Below, piece after piece: positions 1 to 12,822 of a stretch of DNA of 64,000 bases. The stretch comes from the human T2T-CHM13v2.0 reference genome, Homo sapiens. A program made the position numbers and the translations under genes. The DNA is taken from the NCBI RefSeq assembly GCF_009914755.1, contig NC_060926.1. One strand, given 5' to 3'. Numbering within the stretch: position 1 is the first letter of the stretch; each line of letters begins with the position of its first letter. The notes beneath the pieces were generated by a model, which worked only from the letters and a program-made list of their open reading frames with translations, searched no databases and was not told the origin of the DNA.

Positions 1-1039
1 GATGCTAATGATTATATGCTAGAAGGAATCAAGTAATATTTGGAGGAATTGTTCTTGTGTCTTCTAGATTATCATTTTAGAAGCAAATCATGCTTTCTGT
101 GAGATGTCCATAAGTGCCTCTATCAGAGACGGATTATAATGCTGTGGTGTTATGGGTCTGATTCTGTGGGGAGAATTTAGCTTACTAATTTTGAACATAT
201 ATGCAATATGTATCAAATAGTAAGTGCTGCAAAGTATGTCCCTGTGCTTTAAAAGGGAATTACTGAAGAAATTTCTAATTTCACAATAAAAAATATTTTA
301 GAGTAGCAGGGACTTGTTTTTAGGAAGGAAATCTGCCATATATTAGCAAGCACCATTACATTTTAAAGTGATATTTTTCAGGCATGTAAAGAGTCAAGTT
401 CTTGAAAATAAGAACACCTTTATTATCATGTAACTGCATTTCAGCACTGCATCGCTCTCTGTATTCCCCTCTCCTCTCCTTGCCTACCTCTCTCACCTTT
501 ATTTCACTCTCTTCCTTCTAATCTTGTCACTTTGCTTTTCCTGCACTTTCCTTCCTCGAGGCATTTGTTTATGCAGTTTCTGTAGCCCCACATGCTTATT
601 CTTCTCCTATAGGTAAACACAATTCCAATTTTTCAAAATCCATCTCAAATCACAGAGCCTTCACGATGGCTCCCAAAGCTTCCATCAGATTTAATTTGAT
701 GTCCCCATATTTGCCATAGATTGTGCTTTTAAAAATTGTAGTTATCCTTCTCTGTCTTATTTAATGGTAATTTATGTGTGTCCACTCATTTCATAATGCT
801 CTACTGTAGGTTAAGGCCTATGTCTGGCTCACAAACATCTTACTCATTGACACAGAGATTTGCATAGAGCAGACACCAAATAGATAGTTACACTGAATAT
901 TTTATGAATCATATTAAAATCTATAGGTGGCTTTTAACCATACTTTATTGATGTTGTTTAATTAGAAGTCTCTCTCAAAAACTTCATATGCTTTGATGCT
1001 GGGGAGGATGCCTCACTCATTGTTGTATCCGTATTTGTA

Positions 1040-1250
1040 ACTAACATTTATTGAGTTCCAGTTATGTGACAGACTCCTACTAGCTCTTTGCACTTTATAT
1101 GGCTCATCTCATTGAGTTCTTAGAATAACCCACCAGAATAGGTGGGCAGTAATAGCTGCAGTTTATAGGGGAAAAAAAATTATGAGTCAGAGGCTAATTT
1201 ACTTTCCAAGGTTTGAAGAGGCAGTAAGTGACAAAACCAAGATAAAAACT
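1040..1250 (-). mobile_element. MIR SINE fragment
   Basis: Degenerate MIR motifs: aacatttattgag...atctcattgagttct...tttataggggaaaa...ttccaaggt...agtaagtgac. Confidence 0.6.
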
Positions 1251-1760
1251 CAGAAAGCTTCATTACTTTCTGCAAACCTTGAACAATCTAGTGAATGAAC
1301 GAATGTGTCTTCAGAGTTGTGACATAACCAGCAGGAGAAAGAAACCATCATGCGACTTCCTAAAATACGATGCATTATTTCTTTCAACAAATTATTTAAG
1401 TAAGTGTACTATGCTTAGTAGTTATGTGAATCATTATCTTGGATTTTATTAACTGTAGGGCTGTAGACTTTGGAAAGAAAGATCCTAATACTGTGTTCAG
1501 GAATCAATGAGAAACAAAGATATTAGTAGAAAAATGGAGTGGAAGAGAGGCAGTGGGTGTATCGATTATGTACTTTGGTGATTATGATTTCTATGCTATG
1601 GATATTTAAAATTTTATTTTCCTCTTAATCTTCAATTTCCATCTTCTGGTAACTTCTTTAGATATAAGACCAAGACACTTTCTTTACCGTTATATCTGCT
1701 AGATTTTTATCCAGTGTATTTTAAGAAGTCTTTTTTATCCAGTGCCTTTTAAGAAGCTCA

Positions 1761-2748
<988 letters not shown>

Positions 2749-2958
2749 AGTACTTACCCTGCCATTCTGTCTACTTATCATTGTATTTCTCTTTAATTTG
2801 ATCTTGAGGTTGTAAAGTGGCTATAAACTTTAGCCCTGCCCTGATGGAGTTCCAGGGGATTTATTTGGCTGTGGGTATTTATGATGTGCCTTTCACTGGA
2901 TACTTCTTTATCCTAGTGGATAACCTAATTCCTGTGCCTAACTTGTTACTAGGTATAC

Positions 2959-2959
<1 letters not shown>

Positions 2960-3011
<52 letters not shown>

Positions 3012-3018
3012 ACACACA
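2960..3018. repeat. (CA)n microsatellite
   Basis: Near-perfect CA run with one GA interruption. Confidence 0.98.
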
Positions 3019-3099
3019 AACACTTATTTATGCTGGCAGACTGACAGTCACCTTTGCAGCTCTTGTCTGTTCTGCCAAGATAGTCACTCTCTGGGAAAG

Positions 3100-3618
3100 C
3101 TTTGACCAGAAGAAAAATTGGGTATGGATGTATTGGTCAGGAGACGTAGAGAAGGCAGCACAGCAAAACATATGAAGTATAAGAAGCAGTTTATTACTCA
3201 TGAGTCCACGAGAGAAGACGGCTACTATATAGGAAGCAGGGGGCAAGGTTGCAGGGGCAATGTGCTGAACCATCAGATCAGGAGCAGATAGAAAGAGGAC
3301 CTGTGGGGCCATGCCTTTATTGAGCTATGGGGGTTACCCGTTAGGCTTTCCCATAGAGGTTATTGATTGGCTAATTTAAAGACAACACACATGAAGAGGG
3401 GAGCTTATTCCCATGACTCTGGTGTTGACATTAGGTTTTGTGGTACTAGCTGTGGGTGTGCTGAGCTGTAGATCAGTAAGATGAGAATCAAGCAGATTAC
3501 CTTACAAATGACCACGTGGGGAGAGGAAGATTTAACTGGGCCAGGGGTGAGGGCAGGGACCTATGTCAGTCCTAAAGTAGATGCTGAGGCAGCAACTATG
3601 TGAAACACATTTATGACA
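3100..3618 (-). mobile_element. ERVL-class solo LTR (LTR53-like)
   Basis: Minus strand starts tgtcataaatgtgtttcacatagttgctgcctcagcatc and contains aataaaggcat and agccaatc; resembles the remembered LTR53 consensus. Left boundary approximate. Confidence 0.65.
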
Positions 3619-6227
3619 CACATGCTCATTGCAGATACTAGTAATTGATGATAGCATTATTTCAAAATGAGACAAGATTTGGGACTACAAAACATTCTCG
3701 AGGTAGTGTTCCAGGAAGCTACTGACTGTCAATTATTTAGGATTGGAACTCCATTTGAAATCTATTTGTTCTTTATATTGTTTTTTTTTAAGTTTATCTT
3801 CATTAAAAAGCTGCAAATTAGGTATTCATTTTTTTATTCCACTTTGGAGAAAACAACAACACTAAGAAATGTCAAAATTAATCATTGATATATTTGTGAC
3901 CAGTACCTTCAAAACTAGTTCAACCTACTGAAAACTACTCAAGCTCTTTCCACCACATAATAGCACTTTCAGATATTGTTTTTGCAGCTTAAAGGGAATT
4001 TGCATTTAGGTATGTGTACAATATCAACAAATTGGTGCTACAGGCACATTCAATGTTCTTCTTTTTAGAGGAAATTAAATTCAATTTGATTAGGTTGATG
4101 TGGACAACATTAAAATAAATGTTAACCTTATTCTGTATTTATGAATCAATACTGATAGTTTTAAGATACCTGGCCATTCTACTTGTTGGTAAGGTCTTGG
4201 AATAAGGAAATCTTGACAGAAGTTTTGAAGAGTATATTCTTTATCATTTCAAACTGTGAAAACTATGCACTTTCCTAAGAGTAGATTTTAAAGTCACACA
4301 AGGGATCATGCTGAAAACTGACTTCTAGAGTCTTTGCTCAGCAGGTTGTTGCATTTTTTTTCTTTACTATTGAACACTCTTTTGTTCATGCCTTTTTTCT
4401 TATTGCTTGCAGAAATGTGACAAGCTTCAAACTTACACAGAAAGAATAAGTAGTAGAGATACTAGGTATCATTGCACAGCCCAGATGTCTTTTGAAAATA
4501 TTTATTCAGCTGAACTAGAATTTCAAAATCTATTAGAAAGGTAAAATATATCTTGGAAAACAAAAGCAGATTTTGAATAAAACATAGGTAAAAAAACTTT
4601 TAAGTAAGAAAATATGAAAAAATGGCAACAGCTTTAAATGATAACTTGATGGCTTCCACAGAATAATTCATAGTGTAGGTATTTTTTATTAAAACTTGAC
4701 AAATATTCTAAAAAATGTAAAAGTGAAAATTAGGTATTTTAACTGAGAAAGATGAAATTGGCACCATCTAAAAAAATTTTCATGAGTTCCATTTGTGTTA
4801 AGAAAATATTTCTTATTTAATCAAATACATGTGCAAAATGTTATCTTAAAATCCTTTTAGAGTTTTGATAAAGAATGCTCAATATGAGCATACATATTCA
4901 GCCATTAGTTATATTCACATTCTCTTCCAGAAATAATCTGTTAATAATTAAATGTGTTTTATAAACACTTACATAATGAAACTCAAATTAGCTTCTCAGA
5001 TAAATTGTTGTTGCTGTTGTTCAGCTGGTATTGTTATAAACCATCATTCATATAACTTTATTATATTGTGAGTGTTTTCTTGGAAACTGATCAACCTCAG
5101 CATTTAGGATATGTGGACTATTAGATGGAGAAATGAATATTTGCCTTAGCATAGTAATAAATATTGTTAGACTGACACAAATATTAGCCTGCACTCATAG
5201 TGCCTAAAATAGGCCATTCCAGTAATTGCTTAGAAAAATATTATTTGTACAGCTTGTAGAAATTTACAAATGAACAGAAAAACTCTGCATTTGACCTAGG
5301 ATATATGAATTCTTCAAATAATAAATATATCAAATATATTCTGAGTTTGAAATAGTCTTTACCTTGAGCCACCAAAAAGGAAAAGAAAATAGAATCAAGA
5401 TTACTTGTTAATTTTCAATTTTGGGGTGAAAAACCTTATTAAACTTCTCCAGTAACTAAATCACATAAAGTTCTTCAGTACAAGTTAGATTGTGGAAATA
5501 GTTCATGTAGTTATTCCACGTCTCCTTCTAACAAAATATCAACAGTTCAAATATCCAGTTTCCTTTTCATTTATGCACCATTGTAGTTGCTAATATAAAT
5601 GTTGGATCTTTCTGCCTCCCACTCACACCTCCAGCCCCTCCCCTGCCCACGCACCTGCACTGGCTCACATTGGTGCTCTTTTTCTGCGGGCTGCGCTGAG
5701 CAGAAAAGGTGAGGCTATTCAGGGTTCTGTAATGCTCAATTCCATGTTCCGTTTCTTTTCCTCAGAAACAGTTGAAACCTATCTATGGATGAAAAACGCT
5801 TCATAATCCAAACATTACTTCAATCAGATGTGAAGAGTGGGTTTGCTGCACTGTAACATGCTATTATTGCTTAGGTTTATTTGACAAAAGTGAACAACCA
5901 CAACTTTCAGGAAAAACTTTTTTTTTTTGAATTTTATGTGAGTTGTCCTTTTGGAAATAGATAGATGAGAGAGAGACAGAGGGACAAATAATCTGTATGA
6001 ATTTTGGCTTTTCTCTTGAGTATAAATGTTTATCTTTCCCCCTTCAATGTAACTTGCTTGGATGTTCAAGTGTGGAGTACATTTCTTTTCTAAAAGACAA
6101 CATATTTTTCAATTTTATTCATTGATTTATCACTCAAAACATGCACTTGAAGGTACTCTTAGTACTCTCCTTCATGGCCAGTTTATCTATACCGTTTTTT
6201 CAGAGTTTCTTGAGACAGCTTGCTTTT

Positions 6228-6527
6228 TTTTGTTTGTTTGTGTTTTTTGTTTTGACCGAGTCTCCCTCTGTGGCCCAGGCTGGAGTGCAGTGATCTTGGC
6301 TCACTGCAAACTCCGCCTCCCGGGTTCACACTATTCTCCTGCCTCAGCCTCCCGAGTAGCTGGGACTACAGGCGCCCGCCACCATGCCTGGCTAATTTTT
6401 TGTATTTTTAGTAGAGATGGGTTTTCACCGTGTTAGCCAGGATGGTCTCGATCTCCTGACCTCGTGATCCGCCCGCCTCGGCCTCCCAAAGTGCTGGGAT
6501 GACAGGCGTGAGCCACCGCGCCCGGCC
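6228..6527 (-). mobile_element. AluY, full length
   Basis: AluY diagnostic gttagccaggatggtctcgatctcctgacctcgtg; CpG-rich; imperfect TSD tgagacagcttgctttt (6211-6227) / tgaggccgcttgctttt (6528-6544). Confidence 0.95.
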
Positions 6528-6979
6528 TGAGGCCGCTTGCTTTTAAAGAGCTCTCGCAAACAGGTAGCATAGGTGACTGCCTTTTGACCTAAAATGTGAT
6601 ATTTTAGAATATGTTACTAGAAATTTGCAATAATGTTCTTAAAATTATTAATCTTATTGATGTGTTTCTGGAGCCCAGTACCAAACACTGATCCTAAAGA
6701 TTGAATTTGGAACGAGGCCAATTTAGTGTTTCCCTAAACTGTTTTGGGTAGAACGCTAATAATAATGCCATGTGCTTTTACTAGTATTTCATAGCCAAAT
6801 ACATTTGGGGATTACAGAGTTAGCCCACTCGTAGCCGTCTTGTGGACTGCACGGAGCCTTTACTGTGCTTGCATGCATCATGCACCCACCTCTCCGAGAG
6901 TGGTGTCATATATGTCCATTGATTGGAATGAGCAGGTTACTCCTGCTTCCCTCTGTAGAGCGCATCATGCAGAATTGTT

Positions 6980-7012
6980 TGTGTGTGTGTGTGTCTGTGT
7001 GTGTGTGTGTGT
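6980..7012. repeat. (TG)n microsatellite
   Basis: TG run with one TC interruption. Confidence 0.95.
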
Positions 7013-8537
7013 CTATACCACTTTGGATATCACTCAGTTAACAGTTATTGTCTAAATCATTCTTGTGATAAGAATGATAATCTTATTATATAAATGATAG
7101 AACTATACTTGAGAATACAGCCTGATTGTTTTATCTATCCATTTTATCATTAAAAGTGAATTGAAAACTTTACTATTATGAACCCTGTCGTTTCCTATTG
7201 AGGTTCTTTAACACTAGAACCTGCAGAATTAGCCATACTTTGACATTAAAACTATTACATTGCCATCCTCTCTTTTTCCCTGGTGAATATTTAGGTGCAC
7301 TTTGAGATCTGGTATTGCTCTAGTGGTGTGCCTATTTTTTTTAAATATTTTCATTTTTGTTTAATCTACAGAGAAGTTCCGAGATCCTCCAGAGCTCTGA
7401 TGGGAAGAATTGTATAGCGTGTCCCCTGCCAAAAGTTCTAATAAAAAATTTACACAGCGGAGGCTTTGATTAAATGAATTATTCATTGACAACTATCCAT
7501 CAGGGAATTAGAAGTTTATGGCAACATGAGCTGTGGAAAATAGAAAGAAAAATTACCCATTACTAACTTTTTAAATGAGAAAGTCAGAAACTCAGATTGA
7601 ATGTGAATTTAACCCTGCACATGGAAAGACACTATGCAAAATATTGAGAGGAGTTACATAACCTTTATGCAATTTATTACTTAATAAGCACATAATTGGC
7701 TGCTAATTAACAGTTGTAGCATCTTTCTTTCTTGTCTTTCCTCTCGTTAAGCGTAATATTATGTGTAGAACTAGCATAGTGTGGTTTCTGACTTTAACAT
7801 TCTTCTGTAAGATCACTTGTGTTCAGCACCTCGCACAGGGTTCTATTCACAGAATAGAATCCTATTTTGTTTTCTTTTATATTAGAAATAGTCCATGGCA
7901 TCTTGACAAGGTGTTATGAACCAGAGAGGAAAGGTCAATGATTTAAACCAGCTTTAGGAGAAGCATATATAGAAGTTGTTTCTCGGCTTTCTGGAATGAA
8001 TTTTAACAGCCACCTATAATTGAAAGCATTTCATGCAGGGCATTTCACAAAATGGACATTCAAAAACTACAGGTTGACCTGTACTGAAGACGTGAAATTG
8101 CTTTGTGCCTTTGAGAAGTACTCTTGGATAAACCATGCCATTGTCTATATTGAGTTCCCTGATTAAATAATAGTCTCTCTCTATCTCTTTATCTCTCTCT
8201 AGCTAGCCATCCATCTATATATATAACACATGCACATACTCAAATAAATATTTACATAACGAATCTATCGATGTATATTAGTAAGTACTATGCATTCAGC
8301 ACATGATTAGGGTGCATAATCTCATATGCACGTTGCAAAAATCTTTGAGGGGTAGTATCATTAGTAATATTTCATATATGACAAAACTGAGGTTTAAAGA
8401 GTTTAAGGGACTTTTCCAAGTTCACATACTAAGAGAAACAGTTACTATATAAGTCACGTTAGCCGCAAAGGCAAGCCTTTCTTCTTTTTTTGGATATTAT
8501 ATAAAAATTATATAGAAAAGTTTCTTTTTAAACCTAA

Positions 8538-8894
<357 letters not shown>

Positions 8895-10338
8895 TATTCT
8901 AGCATATTTCAACTCTTGGTGGCAGAAACATCTTTCTTAAATTTCACCCAGAAGTGAATTACATGCCCACCCTTTCTTTTTCCGGATGGATATGTGGAGA
9001 GAACAATTATAGTTCTACTTTGCTCTTGGCTGTAGGTATAGTTGTTAATAATTAGAAAACACTCGAATGGCAGGTTGCCAATTAGAGAGGGGAGTATAAA
9101 GATACACAGAACCCGGGCAATTCAAATTTGGGACAATCGCCTTTAAAGACATTGAGAGTTCACTAAGGTTGCTGATGAATCCTGTCACTTGTATCAGTCA
9201 AAAGGATAATTTGTAAATAGCCTGTAGAGAATCAAAGGCCAGAATATACTCTCTTTTCTGACAAGCAGAAAACACATTATATGGGCTAATTTTCCCTGCA
9301 TTTTTATCTTAAAAAAAGGAGATGGGTTTCTAATTCTGCAAGCAAATATATATTTTTTCTAAATGTGAGCTATTTCGAAAAACCTAAAACCACTCATCCT
9401 AGAGCAAGAACAGGGCTAGGTTGAGTGTCCAAGAGAAGACTGTCACAGGACCTGGCACATTAGTGAGAAAGGTGACATTACTCCAGGGGAACTTAATGAT
9501 GCCATTTATTTCTTGATGCTCTGAGGTACAGCCCCCATTTAGACAGATTACTCTGAGAATTTTGTAAGATATCCAATGAGATACAATCATCTTTATTGGT
9601 GGCACTGTAAAGGCAAGTATGAGAGATTTTGGCAAGATCATCTTTTTTTAGAGACACATTTATCATATTCCTTTTTACCTTCTTTATTAAGTAGGTACTA
9701 ATACTATTTCTGATTCACTGCTCTCTACTCCAAGGATTGCACTAATAGGAAAATTTTCATAAAGCTTTTGGCTAAGAACTCCTGCTATTGACCTATGCCC
9801 CTTTGTGTCTAGGTTGATCCAGAAGATACTTCAGCATAAAAATAAATTCCAACAAAATTTAGTTTCAAATTATAAAAGTTGATATTTCTGCTTTATTTGT
9901 CCAAAAGAGGTTCTAAAATGAAATTTTCTCAATTTCAGGTCCATTAAAAAGTCTGAATCTTATAAATATGCATAGCTTTTATAATACTTATAACTTAGAT
10001 ATTAAGAAAAATCAAGATGTACATTATTAAAGAAATAACATTTCCATTGTTTTCCTTTCTCAGAAGTGGGATAAACAAGCACTGTAAACTGAAATAAGCA
10101 ATGCATTCTCAGTTCCCTCCCAAAAGAAAATACTGGTGTGCCTGACTTACCATTTCAGAAAGTCCAGAAAACGCTGCAAACTAGGCAGGCAGTCAAGTGC
10201 AATGGCAATGAATAACCTTATAAAATTTCCAGACTTTAAGACTGTCAGTCTGGAAGACTACACTATCTTTTAGCACAAGGTACTTTTGGAGATTACTCTA
10301 GGGATCTTAGAGAATAATTATACTTAAGTCCTGCCAGG

Positions 10339-10341
<3 letters not shown>

Positions 10342-10370
<29 letters not shown>
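10342..10370. repeat. Poly(T) run, 29 nt
   Basis: Pure T homopolymer with no adjacent SINE or LINE body recognised. Confidence 0.95.
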
Positions 10371-10373
<3 letters not shown>

Positions 10374-10929
10374 ATAGTCAATAGTACTTCCATTGTACTC
10401 CTTACATGACATTATGTTACAGAAGAAAATGTTTTATAACAATGTCATTTGAGTGCTTCAGTTGTTACCTCTCCTTGAATACATATGAAAGAATAATTAC
10501 CTTTGTAGTAAAGGACATTCTAGTTATACATCTATACTTTATTGGTTTCTTCATGTTTTTCTCTTCAGAAGTAGAAACTTAATGAAAATATTGCGTAAGT
10601 AGAGAGCAGTTTATGACAGTATTTCTTTCTAAATAAATTAAAGATTTTATTATATCTTGAAATATATCACATATGTAAAATATTAAGTATAATGTTTGTG
10701 ATCATTTTGAAACACAGACTTTTAAACTTTAATAAATTATATCCAAGTAACATTTTAAATTTGTTATCTAACTTCTACTGTTAACATCTGAAAAAAATTA
10801 GAATTGGCAGACATGCAAGATGATGTTGACTTTGCAGCCAGAAAATGTGGAAAGGCCTCAATTAGTATCCCTGATTCACACTTACAAATGGGTGTTTCAG
10901 TGCTGTGCAGTTTGATAAGGTAGTTAAGG

Positions 10930-11120
10930 CCATAGTTTGGGAGACAGATAGGCATGGATTCCAGTCCTGGCTCAGGCATTTCTACTTACGCTATTCGGGC
11001 ATGTCAGTTTTTCTTTCTAAGGCTCATTTCCCTGTGTGTCCATGAGGAAATAATGTGTTTCCTTGGTAGAAAGATGGTTGTGAGGGTTCAGTGCAATCAT
11101 GCATATGCATAGTAAGTATT
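10930..11120 (+). mobile_element. MIR SINE
   Basis: ggagacagataggcatggattccagtcctggctc...ctcatttccctg...ggttgtgagggttca. Confidence 0.65.
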
Positions 11121-11330
11121 CCATATATCTCAATATCATGATTTATTTCTTGCTACACAAACTTACAGTCTACTCACTACCTTTGATGTAAAGCTGTCCC
11201 ACTGTCCTTCTGTGCTTTTTCTAGAGGTTGAGCTCTTCCTTCATTTCTGGAATAGTTACTGATTTCACCAGTAATTTGCCTTTTAGATCCGTTGTTACAG
11301 GTGCCTTTTTGAATCTGACTGCTCAAAAGC

Positions 11331-11752
11331 TTTGTCCATTTTGTGTTGCTATAAAGGCATACATGAGGCTGAGTAATTTATGAAGAAAGGTTTTGGTGCT
11401 CATGGTCCTGCAGACTGTACAAGAAGCACGGTGCCAACATCTGCTTGGCTTCTGGTGAGGGCCTCAGGCTGCTTCTACTTATGGTGGAAGGCAAAGGGGA
11501 GCTGACTATGCAGAGATCACATGGGGAGAGAGGAAACACATGGGGGCAGGTGGGTGATATGCCAGGCTATTTTTAACAAACACTTCCCTGGGAACTAGTA
11601 GGGTGAGAATTCAGTTGCCCCAAGGGAGGACATTAAGCTATTCATAAGGAATCCGTCCCCATGACCAAAACACCTCCCACTAGGCCCCACCTCCAATATT
11701 GGGGTCAAATTTCAACTTGAAGTTGGAGGAGACAAACATCCAAACTATAGCA
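11331..11752 (-). mobile_element. MaLR solo LTR (MSTB-like)
   Basis: gtccattttgtgttgctataaagg...gtacaagaagcacggtgcc...cactaggccccacctcc...catccaaactatagca; possible TSD aaagc/gaagc. Confidence 0.85.
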
Positions 11753-11779
11753 GAAGCCTTTTTTTGTTTTTTAAAGCTT

Positions 11780-12005
11780 TAGCTTTACCTGCCATATATA
11801 ATAGTTCAAGCATAAAATTCAATGTCTTTTAGCTTTTTTAGAGTTGTGCTGCCATCACCATAATGAAACTATGAGACCTTTCAAAGAGAAGACAGGTGTA
11901 AACTTGTGTTATCTTTGATTAGGTTATGATTTATTAGATTTGACACCAAAAGCGCAAGCAATGAAAGAGAAAAATTCAAGTTAGACTTCACCAAAATTAA
12001 CAGCT
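11780..12005. mobile_element. Old L1M fragments in opposite orientations
   Basis: Antisense L1M 3'-end motif (gagttgtgctgccatcacca) joined to a sense ORF2-like stretch (ttagatttgacaccaaaagc...gacttcaccaaaattaa). Confidence 0.55.
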
Positions 12006-12309
12006 GATATGCCTTTAGGAAGCATGTAAACTCAGAAGCCATTCTTACATGACTGGCTCATGGGCATCATTGATTTGACCAGAAATGGACATTAAAACCA
12101 TGGGAGGCTGATGCAGTCTCTCATGTATGAATTTGAAATAGACACAAGGGAACACCATGAAGAGAATCTCTGTGGACCTTAACATTTTCAAATTTTAGAA
12201 AACAACATTTTACTATGTGGAATGGACAGGGAGAGTGTCAATGAGAAAAACAGGAGGAGGAGGAAATGAAGAGAGTTTGGCTTAAAATGTTACCACTCAA
12301 AATGCCTAG

Positions 12310-12822
<513 letters not shown>

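Noticed and set aside
2817-3044. His-Thr repeat ORF
   Set aside because: Translation of a (CA)n microsatellite; likewise the Val-Cys ORF at 6840 comes from (TG)n.
7841-7859. Short hairpin ttctattc-aca-gaatagaa resembling a terminator
   Set aside because: An 8-bp AT-rich stem is expected by chance, and intrinsic terminators are irrelevant in this context.
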